Position numbers and translations under genes: made by a program. Shown one piece after another: positions 27,050 through 36,644 of a stretch of DNA of 64,000 nucleotides. Under the pieces are notes generated by a model. It worked only from the letters and a program-made list of their open reading frames with translations. It was not told where the DNA came from and made no database searches. Position 1 is the first letter of the stretch. Each line of letters opens with the position of its first letter. This DNA comes from Candidatus Enterousia sp. (GTDB lineage: Bacteria; Pseudomonadota; Alphaproteobacteria; Rs-D84), in contig JAZURV010000001.1 of NCBI GenBank assembly GCA_045606425.1, forward strand, positions 6,904 to 70,903. The letters are read 5' to 3'.

Positions 27050-27811
27050 ATGATCCCAAAAATTTCCGTTTTTATGCCCGCGTATAATTCAGAAGCATTT
27101 ATAGCAGAGGCCATAGAAAGTATTTTAAATCAAACTTTCAAAGATTTTGAGTTTATAATAATAAATGATGGTTCCACAGATAATACGTGGAATATAATAC
27201 AAAAATATGCAAAACAAGATGACAGAATTCGTGCGTATTCCAGATGTAAAAACAAAGGAATTGTTTGTACGGCAAATGAAGGTTTTGACCTGGCTAGGGG
27301 TGAATATATTGCCCGCATGGACAGCGATGATGTGTCTTTGCCAGAACGTTTTGAAAAACAGATAACATATATGGATGAACATCCGGATGTCGGGCTGCTT
27401 GGGGCATGGACACAATATTTTCCGGGATTTGATATTTCCAAACGGCCAGAGAATATAGATTTGTTTTATCTGTTAAAAGATTGTCCGGTGGACCAACCTG
27501 TTGTAATGATAAGAAAATCAGTCATAGATAAATATAATTTACGATATGATGGAGATTATTTGGCATGTGAAGATCAAGAATTATGGTTCAGATTGATCAA
27601 GGTTTCCAAAATAGCAAACTTGCAAGAATTGTTATTGAAGCACAGATGGCATGGAAATAATATATCAATCAAAATGGGCGATGTTCAACAACAAAATATT
27701 CAAAAAATTCGAAAACAGATTTTAAATTTCATAACAACATCCCCAGAACAGCAAGATGCTATAGCTAAGATTATACCAGAAATGTTTGAGCCCTTGGTAT
27801 TAAAATCTTGA
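27050..27811 (+). CDS. Family 2 glycosyltransferase
   Basis: ISVFMPAYNSEAFIAEAIESILNQTFKDFEFIIINDGSTD and ARMDSDD motifs. Confidence 0.85.
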   Translation: MIPKISVFMPAYNSEAFIAEAIESILNQTFKDFEFIIINDGSTDNTWNIIQKYAKQDDRIRAYSRCKNKGIVCTANEGFDLARGEYIARMDSDDVSLPERFEKQITYMDEHPDVGLLGAWTQYFPGFDISKRPENIDLFYLLKDCPVDQPVVMIRKSVIDKYNLRYDGDYLACEDQELWFRLIKVSKIANLQELLLKHRWHGNNISIKMGDVQQQNIQKIRKQILNFITTSPEQQDAIAKIIPEMFEPLVLKS

Positions 27812-27857
27812 CAACTATATATTTTGTGCTATATGTATAAAAACAAATGGCAAGAAC

Positions 27858-29309
27858 ATGAAATTTGAAGATGGCACCACTTTGATACAATTATCTGATA
27901 ATGTGTACTGTTTAAATAATGCTTATCGTCAGTCGCAAATTTTTGGTGACCGCACATTAAAAGCTGTTTTTGAAAATTTATCCAAAAATAATTATGTAAA
28001 TTCTGATAGTTACAATATACTGTTACATAATAATTTTTTAACAAATCAAAGACCAGATGTATACAAGCAAAAATTATTGCAAGATTCTGTTAAATATAGT
28101 ATACAACCAAAATTTAATTTGTTGCGAATTTTGCTGACTGATGTTTGTAATTTAAATTGTGATTATTGCAAAGTTATAAAATTAATAGATGCGCCGTCGG
28201 CGAAACCAACACAACCAGAACGTTTAGAAAAGGCTATAAAGTTTTTCTTTGAAAATTCTACTGCGGCAGAACCAAAAATAATTCATATTACTGGTGGTGA
28301 ACCCACGTTATTTTTTGACAGTATAAGACAAATAATACAATTCAAAAATACTTATGCACGTCCAAATGAAAATTGTTGGATTGTTGTTGGAACAAACGCG
28401 ATTGCTATAACTCCGGAAAAAGCACGTTTTTTCGCTGATAATAACATGAAATGTATTGTGTCAATGGACGGACCAGAACAAGTACATAATATTTTACGAA
28501 AAAATCATGCTGGTCAGGGAACATGGTCACAGGTCGATAAAAATATTAAATTGTTGCAATCTTTTGGTGTAGAAATATCTATTTCTGCTGTGATGGGAAA
28601 ACATACAATTTATCAGGCCGATGAAAATATCTCTTTTTTGATAAATGAATATAATCCAACTGGCCTAGGTATTAACTTTATGAAGCCACCGACTACAAAT
28701 TCTAGCGATTATAAATATTTAATTGATGAAAAATTATACGCAGAAACAATGTATAGATTACATCAAAAATATCGTACGCGTGGCGTGTTTTTTGAGCTTA
28801 TTTTCAGACACTTAGAGCCTTTTGTAAAACAAAATTTCAGATTTCATGATTGTGGGGCAGCGGCCAGCCAAAATTTGAATATAGATGCCAAGGGCAATAT
28901 CGGACCCTGTAAGTCATTTTTGTTGTGGAACAAGATGGCAATGAAAGATATAAATATCCAAGAATATAGCAATATTGTATCTGAAAATTGGGAAAGACGC
29001 TCACCAATTCATTTCGAACCATGTCAAAATTGTTCATGTATTGGTATATGTGGAAATGGGTGTGCATATGATGCTTTTATCAATAACCGAGATATGTTGG
29101 CCATAGATACCAGGGGCTGTAAATATGTAAAATGTTTTTATGATTTGTTTTTAAAAGATTTATATGAAATATCGTGCAAAACACATGAGGGGCAAAATAT
29201 TTTTGTGCCATCTCAAGCGGACAGACAACAAATGTTAGGAAATGTAAAGGAAATTCAAAATTCTTTAAGTTATTCAATTGGACACCAAACGAAACATTTT
29301 CAAAAATGA
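27858..29309 (+). CDS. Radical SAM/SPASM-domain enzyme with a ~95-aa N-terminal extension (possible PqqD-like peptide-recognition element)
   Basis: CNLNCDYC (CX3CX2C at residues 97-104), ITGGEPTL, and the SPASM-type Cys clusters CGAAASQNLNIDAKGNIGPC and CQNCSCIGICGNGCAYDA. The N-terminal YCLNNAYRQSQIFGDRTLKAVFENL resembles an RRE. Confidence 0.75.
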   Translation: MKFEDGTTLIQLSDNVYCLNNAYRQSQIFGDRTLKAVFENLSKNNYVNSDSYNILLHNNFLTNQRPDVYKQKLLQDSVKYSIQPKFNLLRILLTDVCNLNCDYCKVIKLIDAPSAKPTQPERLEKAIKFFFENSTAAEPKIIHITGGEPTLFFDSIRQIIQFKNTYARPNENCWIVVGTNAIAITPEKARFFADNNMKCIVSMDGPEQVHNILRKNHAGQGTWSQVDKNIKLLQSFGVEISISAVMGKHTIYQADENISFLINEYNPTGLGINFMKPPTTNSSDYKYLIDEKLYAETMYRLHQKYRTRGVFFELIFRHLEPFVKQNFRFHDCGAAASQNLNIDAKGNIGPCKSFLLWNKMAMKDINIQEYSNIVSENWERRSPIHFEPCQNCSCIGICGNGCAYDAFINNRDMLAIDTRGCKYVKCFYDLFLKDLYEISCKTHEGQNIFVPSQADRQQMLGNVKEIQNSLSYSIGHQTKHFQK

Positions 29310-29908
29310 TAAAAAGAAGTACTTTGTTTTCTGTTTTAATAACTGGATACAGTATTTTAAATCGACGCAAAAACTTTGTGCATAATTTTAGCCATAGTAA
29401 ACGTGTTTTTTATAATAATATATGTATTTTGGGGGTGCGTGCGATTCCTTTCCTTCGCGTTTTATTATTGACTTCGATATGGCATGATGTTGGACAAAGT
29501 GATTTTAAACAACAGGCTAAATATCATCATATATATTCTGCCAGATTATTCAAATATTTTACCAAAGAAAATAAATACACAGATATCGTTGTGAATATAA
29601 TTTTATGTCACAGAAATCGTGGTGCAAATGCGCAATATTGCCCAAAAACATTATTACAACAGGCCTTTTTTGATGCTGATAAATTGGACGTGTTAAATAT
29701 ACCACGGTCAAAAAAATTGATAAAAATGTATTCGCGTGGTTTTTCATGTGGTGAATTTAATATCAAAGATACAATTCGTTTTTGGGAAGATTTTATCACA
29801 AATGGTGAAAATATTTTATTTTTAGAAAAATCTAAGAAATTATTCTGTCAAAGAAAAAATGCTTTCGTAAAATTTATATCCGAAATCAAAGGAAAATATA
29901 ATGTCTGA
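29306..29908 (+). CDS. HD-domain phosphohydrolase
   Basis: An H...HD...H...D pattern (IWHDVGQ, YHHIYSA, ILCHRNRG, FFDADKLD). ATGA overlap with the radical SAM gene. Confidence 0.55.
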   Translation: MIKRSTLFSVLITGYSILNRRKNFVHNFSHSKRVFYNNICILGVRAIPFLRVLLLTSIWHDVGQSDFKQQAKYHHIYSARLFKYFTKENKYTDIVVNIILCHRNRGANAQYCPKTLLQQAFFDADKLDVLNIPRSKKLIKMYSRGFSCGEFNIKDTIRFWEDFITNGENILFLEKSKKLFCQRKNAFVKFISEIKGKYNV

Positions 29909-31268
29909 TATGGAGAAAGTAGAAATTACAAATATGGATGTTTTTTTTGATTATATTAAAAAACATTTTTTTACCGGCATCATAGATCAGCACTATTTAT
30001 TAAACAACACGCCGAACGGTGTATTGAATTCCATTTTAGAATCGTTAAAACAAGAGTTGTCGCCTGATAATGTAAAACAAATAAAAAATATATTGTTTTA
30101 CAAATGGATTTATACAAATGGTATGAAATCTTTGTTGCTGGACCAACAATCAGATTATATTGTAAAAACGGATGCAGGATATGAATTTGTGCCAAGGCAA
30201 GAACTTTACGGACATTTATTACAAATCAAAGATTATTTTGATTATATGATAGATTTTTATATTAAAAAAAATATGTCTTATAAATTGAAATTGGCCCTGT
30301 TTACATCGGAAACATTTGAATCTGCGTTTCGCAAGGCCAATATTGAATTTGAAAAACGGGTAAAAAGAAATTCTGCGTTGGGCATAGATAATGAAAAAAA
30401 TATTTTAATGCATCTTGATAATGAATATAAGCTTGTAAAATTAAACACAGTGTATGATTTGGATTATGAAGGGTTATGTATCGGGCACTGTATTGGCGAG
30501 GGTATCTTGGACAAAGAAATAAATGATAAAAAATCAACAATAACAGTTTGTTCTTTGCGTAAAGATATGTTGATGAAAGAACGCATATCTGGAAAAAACA
30601 TAATTCGGTCAATACCTTTTGCTTCAATTGTCATAGATCGTTTTGAAAAACGTCTAAACGGAAAATTATATGGCAATGTAATTTCCATTGAAGGACATAT
30701 CGCAGGCACAGTAAGATATTATCTTAAAAACAAATTGGAAAAACAAGATGCATGGAAAGGCAGATTTCCACCATACGTTCATGCCACGCCAATATCAAAC
30801 GAAGAAATTATATTTCGTGATACAGAATTACAACAAACACTGATAAATTTATTTATGCAAAACGAATTGGTAATATGTGGCGAAAGAAAATATACGCCAT
30901 GTTTGACCAAAGATTATAATATTGGTATGCCAACAACATATTCTGTACGCGTTAAAAACCAAGATGATTTAATTCGCGTCGCCAGTCACGGATTTCATCA
31001 TATTGTTGTCCCGTCATATGATATTTTTGTGTCAACAATTCAACCGATTAAGGTGGAAACTTTTGATAACAAAAATACAATAGATATAACAAAAGCTGGA
31101 ACATACGATTTAACAGAATTGCAAAATTTAAATACAATAAATGTTTTTGCGAATTGTGTGACAATATATTGTTATAATTGTAATAATTTACAACGTGTGA
31201 ATCGTTCGCCGGATACAAATGTGTTGATGGAGCGTAATAAATATAATATTATACAAAATATTCGTTAA
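29901..31268 (+). CDS. Hypothetical protein with a PcfJ-like central motif
   Basis: LDYEGLCIGHCIGEGIL ... ITVCSLR resembles the EG..M.HCV ... I.SiR core of PcfJ-like (PF14284) proteins, from memory. It overlaps the HD gene by 8 nt. Confidence 0.35.
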   Translation: MSDMEKVEITNMDVFFDYIKKHFFTGIIDQHYLLNNTPNGVLNSILESLKQELSPDNVKQIKNILFYKWIYTNGMKSLLLDQQSDYIVKTDAGYEFVPRQELYGHLLQIKDYFDYMIDFYIKKNMSYKLKLALFTSETFESAFRKANIEFEKRVKRNSALGIDNEKNILMHLDNEYKLVKLNTVYDLDYEGLCIGHCIGEGILDKEINDKKSTITVCSLRKDMLMKERISGKNIIRSIPFASIVIDRFEKRLNGKLYGNVISIEGHIAGTVRYYLKNKLEKQDAWKGRFPPYVHATPISNEEIIFRDTELQQTLINLFMQNELVICGERKYTPCLTKDYNIGMPTTYSVRVKNQDDLIRVASHGFHHIVVPSYDIFVSTIQPIKVETFDNKNTIDITKAGTYDLTELQNLNTINVFANCVTIYCYNCNNLQRVNRSPDTNVLMERNKYNIIQNIR

Positions 31269-31279
31269 GGGATGTTTCA

Positions 31280-32149
31280 ATGAAAATATACAAAGATGGA
31301 TGGTTAAAAACCGACGGCAAACACAAGATTTATTATATGCAATTGGGCAATCCAAATGGGATTCCGGTTTTGTCTTTTCATGCTGGTCCTGGTGATTGTT
31401 CATGGGCGGGATTTTATGATTTTTTGGACGAAACAAAGTATAATATTATAACATTCGATCAGCGTGGTTGTGGAAAATCTGAACCGTTCGGTGAAATCGC
31501 GGATAATACAACCGACAAAATTTTGACCGATGCAAAGGAGTTGTTGGATTTTATAGGGATTCGCGAAAAATGTATTTTATTCGGTGGATCATGGGGCTCT
31601 GCATTGGCGTTGTCTTTTGGCGCCAGATATCCAGACACAACAAAATCATTGGTGTTGTCAAATGTTCTGTTGGGGCGTCATCACGATTTAAAAAAACTTA
31701 TGTGTGATTTAAAAATTTTTAAGCCATTATCAAATTACAATGTTGATGAAAGTAATATATTTTTGAAAATAAAACATGCAATACAAAATAATGACATTGA
31801 ATTTATATCAAAATACAATGATTATGAAATATACAAATACACTTTTCATAAAAATAACGGATTAAAAACAAATTTAGCTGGTAAAGATTTTTTGCAAAAA
31901 CGTCTATATTGTCATTTTTTATGTAATAATTTATTTTTGCCGGATAATGGTATTGTGGATGAATTGACCGCGCTATCGGGAAAGCCGATTTATTTGGTGC
32001 ACAATAAATACGACCCAATATGTAATATAGAACAGGCGCATCTTTTAAAAAAACTGTTGCCACAAACCGAATTGGTCGTGTTAAATAAACGTGGACATGG
32101 GGGCGATTTTCAAATTGACACAATTAAAAAATTCTTTAAAAAAGCTTAA
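31280..32149 (+). CDS. Prolyl aminopeptidase-type alpha/beta hydrolase (S33)
   Basis: FHAGPG, FDQRGCGKSEP and GGSWGSALAL motifs. Confidence 0.75.
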   Translation: MKIYKDGWLKTDGKHKIYYMQLGNPNGIPVLSFHAGPGDCSWAGFYDFLDETKYNIITFDQRGCGKSEPFGEIADNTTDKILTDAKELLDFIGIREKCILFGGSWGSALALSFGARYPDTTKSLVLSNVLLGRHHDLKKLMCDLKIFKPLSNYNVDESNIFLKIKHAIQNNDIEFISKYNDYEIYKYTFHKNNGLKTNLAGKDFLQKRLYCHFLCNNLFLPDNGIVDELTALSGKPIYLVHNKYDPICNIEQAHLLKKLLPQTELVVLNKRGHGGDFQIDTIKKFFKKA

Positions 32150-33341
32150 TATATGCCTGGTTTACCCTGGATATCCACCATACGAACGGGAGTCTGGGGG
32201 AATTGCATCTTATGTCCAAGAAAATGTAAGGTTTTTAACCGCCATGGGGCATAATGTTGTTGTTATTTCGCGTGCACCGGATATATCGCATGTTATAGAA
32301 ACAAATACCGATAAAACAAAAATAATATATTTGCCTCATTTTCTGCCGCGCATCTGCAAATTTTTTACCCCGCTAAAATTTAATAAATATGGTGCATATT
32401 TTTATTCATACAAAGCATATAAACAATTAAAAAAAATAGAAAAAGAAAATCATATTCACTTTGATGTCATCGAAACCAGCGATTGGGGCGGCGAAGGTTA
32501 TTTCTTTGTAAAAAAATTCCAAGACAGGACAATTATAAAATGTGACACCCCCAGTTTTATATCGGAATCATACAACCCCAACAATCCAGCGTATCTAAGT
32601 TCTTTTGTAAAGAAATTGGAACAAAGAACATTATTGAATGCGAAAAACATTGTCACAAACAGCAAAATTTTGATGCAAAAAATCTGTGCTGTGTTGCACA
32701 AAGATTTACCATTCACATTGGTACAATTGTCAATAAAAACAACACCAATTAAAAAAACAAAATACACCAATAAATTTTCAAAAAACAATCCAATGAAAAT
32801 AATATTTTCTGGTCGCATAGAAGAACGCAAAGGGATTTTTGGTTTAATAGATGCTATAAAACAACTTCGAAAAAAAGGATTGTATATAGAACTTCATTGC
32901 TTTGGTGCGACAACGCCAATGAAACATACGGACAGTATAACACTATTAAAAAACGAGGGGTATAGTTGGCTCCATTTTTATGGACAAATTCCCAGAGACC
33001 AAATAATGAAAGAATATAAAAATTACGATTTGTGTGTTGTGCCGTCAGTGTTTGATAGTTTTTGTCTGACAGCATTAGAAGCGATATTTTCAAAAATTCC
33101 AACTATAGTTTCCGATACAACAGGCATTTCAGATTTAATATCGGATAAATTTCTTGTCTTCTCTTTTCCCATAGATATTATATCAAAAATAAATGATGTG
33201 TATTTTAATTACGCATCCTATGCAAGAAAGACAGATTTGGTATTGAATGATTTACTTTGTAAAACCGATAGGGCAAATATCGATCGTATGACATATTATT
33301 TTAAAATCGCCAAACAAAATAATTTAAAATCAAAGTGTTAA
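32091..33341 (+). CDS. GT4-family (GT-B) glycosyltransferase; start uncertain
   Basis: ICLVYPGYPP...GGIASYV N-terminus and C-terminal PSVFDSFCLTALEAIFSKIPTIVSD. The ORF start overlaps the preceding gene. Confidence 0.7.
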   Translation: MDMGAIFKLTQLKNSLKKLNICLVYPGYPPYERESGGIASYVQENVRFLTAMGHNVVVISRAPDISHVIETNTDKTKIIYLPHFLPRICKFFTPLKFNKYGAYFYSYKAYKQLKKIEKENHIHFDVIETSDWGGEGYFFVKKFQDRTIIKCDTPSFISESYNPNNPAYLSSFVKKLEQRTLLNAKNIVTNSKILMQKICAVLHKDLPFTLVQLSIKTTPIKKTKYTNKFSKNNPMKIIFSGRIEERKGIFGLIDAIKQLRKKGLYIELHCFGATTPMKHTDSITLLKNEGYSWLHFYGQIPRDQIMKEYKNYDLCVVPSVFDSFCLTALEAIFSKIPTIVSDTTGISDLISDKFLVFSFPIDIISKINDVYFNYASYARKTDLVLNDLLCKTDRANIDRMTYYFKIAKQNNLKSKC

Positions 33342-33605
33342 CCATAACTTGTTTGATAAAAGCACAAAAACCTGTCTGTGTTTAAAAATCGAAAATATGC
33401 CAATTATTTCTATCTTAAGATATTTGTTTCAATATCTTATGCTTTAACATATTTGTATCACTCATATATAATCTTTTAGTTGCCGAACCCTAAAAAAAAC
33501 ATATCTATTCAGGAGAAAACCGGCATTGGGATTTTGGGCAAGGTATATAAATTGCGAGAATTTGGGTTGGTTGGGTGCAAGTGGCGATATACATTGGAAA
33601 CATCA

Positions 33606-33688
33606 TGGGTAAAATCTGCCAGAAACGGGGCGAAAAAGAACATCCCGCGGAATTACCACGGGATGTCTAAACTTAGTGGCGGAGATGA
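33606..33688. repeat. 83-bp perfect direct repeat, copy A (contains tRNA-Ser 3'-end sequence on the minus strand; tRNA identity continues to ~33697)
   Basis: tgggtaaaatctgccagaaacggggcgaaaaagaacatcccgcggaattaccacgggatgtctaaacttagtggcggagatga is identical to 38651-38733. Confidence 0.9.
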
Positions 33689-33900
33689 AGGGATTCCATC
33701 GGCTTTCGCCTACGGGGCAACCGTAACGACTATGAGTAAACGAAAACGAGTGTTTACGAAGTTTGAGTGCTAACGAATGCCGCGTAGGACAAAGTCCGAG
33801 GGATTTTGGTGCGTTTGCACTTCCAAAATCTACTTGTTGTCGAACCCTGCAACTGCGTTGCAAACGATTCAAATCTGCCAATATCTCCGCCAAAAATTAG
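33689..33900. other. ~210-bp non-coding segment bounded by inverted copies of the tRNA-Ser 3' core (TGGCGGAGAT ... ATCTCCGCCA), with several local hairpins
   Basis: Hairpins GTAAAC/GTTTAC, GATTTTGG/CCAAAATC and GCAAC/GTTGC, followed by the terminator-like ccccgcaaaagcgggg at 33901-33916. Confidence 0.4.
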
Positions 33901-34160
33901 CCCCGCAAAAGCGGGGTAAATTCCTGGCGGAGTTGTAAGAAAGAACGGTATTAGATATGATAACTACAGGGTATTTACAGGGAATTTTTACGAAAAACAA
34001 CCAGTTTTACCATAAGTCGTGCTGCTGTAACGCTGTAAAATCGCCACTTTTACAAAAAATTCCCTACTTAAAAAGCAGGGAATTACTTCGCATTAACAGG
34101 GAATTTTGTTTTGCAATTTTGTAAAAATCACAGTTTTGTAAAATGTGTTTAACAAAAATG

Positions 34161-34189
34161 TTGATTTTGTTGTTTTTGTAAAGTATAAT
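34161..34189 (+). promoter_or_regulatory. Sigma-70-like promoter of the ATPase-protease operon (TTGATT-17-TATAAT)
   Basis: Hexamers read directly. RBS aaaaagggg follows, then the ATG at 34215. Confidence 0.5.
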
Positions 34190-34214
34190 GTTATTAAACA
34201 AAAAGGGGCTTTAT

Positions 34215-35564
34215 ATGGCATCTGAAACACTTATATCACGTCCAGAATATACAAACAAGCTGAAAAACTGGCTTGGTCAAACCGACCTTGTAAAAATAGT
34301 TACAGGGGTTCGTCGTTGTGGAAAATCTAAATTATTAGAATTGTTTGGTTTGGATCTTTTGTTTGGTAACGTTGCCACTAGTGACCATATACTATCTATA
34401 AACTTGGAAGATCCAGTTTTGACAGGCAAAATAGGTTTGAAACTGAATTCTGATGGTTTGCTGCAAGATTATCAAACGTTATTGGATTATATATTATCAA
34501 AAGTCAAAGATGATAAAACATACTATGTTTTCATAGACGAAGTTCAACTTGTAGAAAATTGGCAGGTAGTAGCTAATGGATTACGTATGCGTGGCAACAT
34601 AGATGTATATTTAACTGGATCTAATGCATATATGTTTTCCGGCGATATAGCAAATTCTTTTGGTGGACGTTATGTTGAAATAAAAATGCAACCGCTATCT
34701 TTTGCAGAATATTTCAGCTTTTATAGTCAGAGTTTTAATCATCAAATAAAGAAACGTGAAGATTTAGAAAAACATCGTAATCCTTACGCTATATATGAAG
34801 ATTATATCCATGAAAGTGGCTTTCCACAGGTGCAAAAGTTGGTGCACATGGATGATAAACAGGTTATAACAGATTATCTGATGGATACCGTGTTCCGAAA
34901 TGCTATACAGAAAGACATAGTAAAACGTTTTAATATAGCTAGCGACAATAAATTAGATGTCGTGACAAGATATTTGTTTGATAATATAGGGCGTGATACT
35001 TCTGTGCGTAATATAGAACGCTGTTTAAAAGATGCGGGTTATAATATATCTGCACCAACAATAGACACATACATAAAAGGATTATTGGATAGTTTCTTGA
35101 TGTATAAATGCGAAAGATACGATGTCAAAGGTAAAAAAATATTAAGTGGTGATGCAAAATATTATGTGGTCGATGCAGGTTTGCGTTACGCATTATTGGG
35201 CGACAAAGATACAGATGCTGGTCGTATACTGGAAAATGTTGTGTATCTTGAATTGATACGTCGTGGATATAACGTGTCTGTGGGTAAAATACAAACACAA
35301 GTAAGAAACGAAGAAGGCAAGGCTGAACGCAAAACAATAGAAGTCGATTTCGTGGCAACCAAGCCAGGTGGACAGGTAGAATATTATCAAGTTGCGTGGG
35401 GTGTTTTGAATAATGAAGATGTTGCAAAACGCGAATATGCATCATTGGAACAAATAAAAGATAATTATCCAAAATACTTGTTAACTATGGATTATGGTTC
35501 TGGCGAACAAAACGGCATAAAACGTCTAAATGTTTTGGAATGGTTGTTAAATATGGAACATTAA
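34215..35564 (+). CDS. AAA-family ATPase (AAA_14 plus DUF4143 architecture)
   Basis: Walker A GVRRCGKS and Walker B YVFIDEVQ. The C-terminal IEVDFVATKPGG.VEYYQVAW resembles the nuclease-fold-like DUF4143 tail. Confidence 0.7.
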   Translation: MASETLISRPEYTNKLKNWLGQTDLVKIVTGVRRCGKSKLLELFGLDLLFGNVATSDHILSINLEDPVLTGKIGLKLNSDGLLQDYQTLLDYILSKVKDDKTYYVFIDEVQLVENWQVVANGLRMRGNIDVYLTGSNAYMFSGDIANSFGGRYVEIKMQPLSFAEYFSFYSQSFNHQIKKREDLEKHRNPYAIYEDYIHESGFPQVQKLVHMDDKQVITDYLMDTVFRNAIQKDIVKRFNIASDNKLDVVTRYLFDNIGRDTSVRNIERCLKDAGYNISAPTIDTYIKGLLDSFLMYKCERYDVKGKKILSGDAKYYVVDAGLRYALLGDKDTDAGRILENVVYLELIRRGYNVSVGKIQTQVRNEEGKAERKTIEVDFVATKPGGQVEYYQVAWGVLNNEDVAKREYASLEQIKDNYPKYLLTMDYGSGEQNGIKRLNVLEWLLNMEH

Positions 35565-36530
35565 ATGTCTGAAGGATTAATTTACTGTATAAGCCCTGTA
35601 TTATACCATGATGTATCTACTGAATATTCTTATAGAAGAGGAACGGCTTTTTATACGCAGTATTCAGAACGATTGTTTGCCATAACGGCCAGTCATTGTA
35701 TAGAGAAAAATGATATTAATAATTTGTTTTTAGGTTTAAATCCAAGTAAAAGACGGAATTATAAAATTCCATTAAACAAACAGATTAATGTTAATTACAC
35801 AGATGGTGCAGAAATTGATTCTGATATCAGAATATTTGAGATAGATCAAATATCTATTATGAAAAATTTAGCAGAAAGAACCCAAATTAGATCATATGAT
35901 GACATGGTTAAAGAAATTAGATGTACTCCTTTAGCAAAACGATTATTAAAAAAATATAAAAATCAACCAGAAAAATTTCGTGAAGCATTGATGAAAACAA
36001 CAATGTTTAAAACTATACACGGAAGACAACTTGATGAAATTGAAGATTCGCTTGAAAAAGCTGACACGTCTTTGGCGGATATAAAAACATTGGAATTAAC
36101 AAAAGATATTATTCTACAACCAGGAGATCCTTTTGCTGCTGTTGGTTTTCCAACGGAGCCATCTGGGGACAAACTTAAAATGACAGATGATGGAAAAATT
36201 ACGGGTTGGCATTTTTCATATGCGGAATGTGATCTTACATATATTGAAACACATCAAAAATGTGGTGATTATGTTTTTTCTTACGATAAATCTTTAGATT
36301 TAAATGGTTTTAGCGGTGGACCAGTAGTAGGCGCAAATAATAAAGTTATAGGTGTTTTAAGTTGGGGAGAAAAAGAGAAAGGGCTGGTATATGTTACGCC
36401 AAGTGTGAATGTAATAAAAGCTATTGATAGTATAGTCAAAAATACGCCAGATGAATTTTCTTTATGCACAGATATACCATCTGGTATAGAACAAGAATTG
36501 TTAAAATTGATTTATAAAAAAATTGATTAG
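35565..36530 (+). CDS. Trypsin-like (S1/chymotrypsin-fold) serine protease with a ~100-aa helical insertion
   Basis: His motif ITASHC, Asp candidate SDIRIFEID and Ser motif GFSGGPV. The start codon abuts the ATPase stop (TAAATG). Confidence 0.65.
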   Translation: MSEGLIYCISPVLYHDVSTEYSYRRGTAFYTQYSERLFAITASHCIEKNDINNLFLGLNPSKRRNYKIPLNKQINVNYTDGAEIDSDIRIFEIDQISIMKNLAERTQIRSYDDMVKEIRCTPLAKRLLKKYKNQPEKFREALMKTTMFKTIHGRQLDEIEDSLEKADTSLADIKTLELTKDIILQPGDPFAAVGFPTEPSGDKLKMTDDGKITGWHFSYAECDLTYIETHQKCGDYVFSYDKSLDLNGFSGGPVVGANNKVIGVLSWGEKEKGLVYVTPSVNVIKAIDSIVKNTPDEFSLCTDIPSGIEQELLKLIYKKID

Positions 36531-36644
36531 CAGACAGTACACGTTTTCTGCGGCAAAATCATTTTCAACAAAAAAATGAATATAAAAAATATTTTTGTAC
36601 TTTCTTGCACCGAATCGTGATTTTTGCTATTTTTATTACAAAGG

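Noticed and set aside
33480-33893. ORFs 33480-33773 (+) and 33603-33893 (-)
   Set aside because: Both cross the boundary of the 83-bp direct repeat and the tRNA-derived fragment, overlap each other antisense, and have no RBS. They are probably spurious.
33676-33895. tmRNA (ssrA) or tRNA-like gene, suggested by the GGCGGAGATGAAGGGATTCC... 5' end and ...ATCTCCGCCA 3' end
   Set aside because: - There is no intact T-arm on either strand.
- The acceptor pairs lack the G3:U70 alanine identity element.
- No resume codon or tag ORF ending in a hydrophobic -AA is present in any frame.
- The terminal similarity is explained by duplicated tRNA-Ser 3'-end (att-like) fragments.
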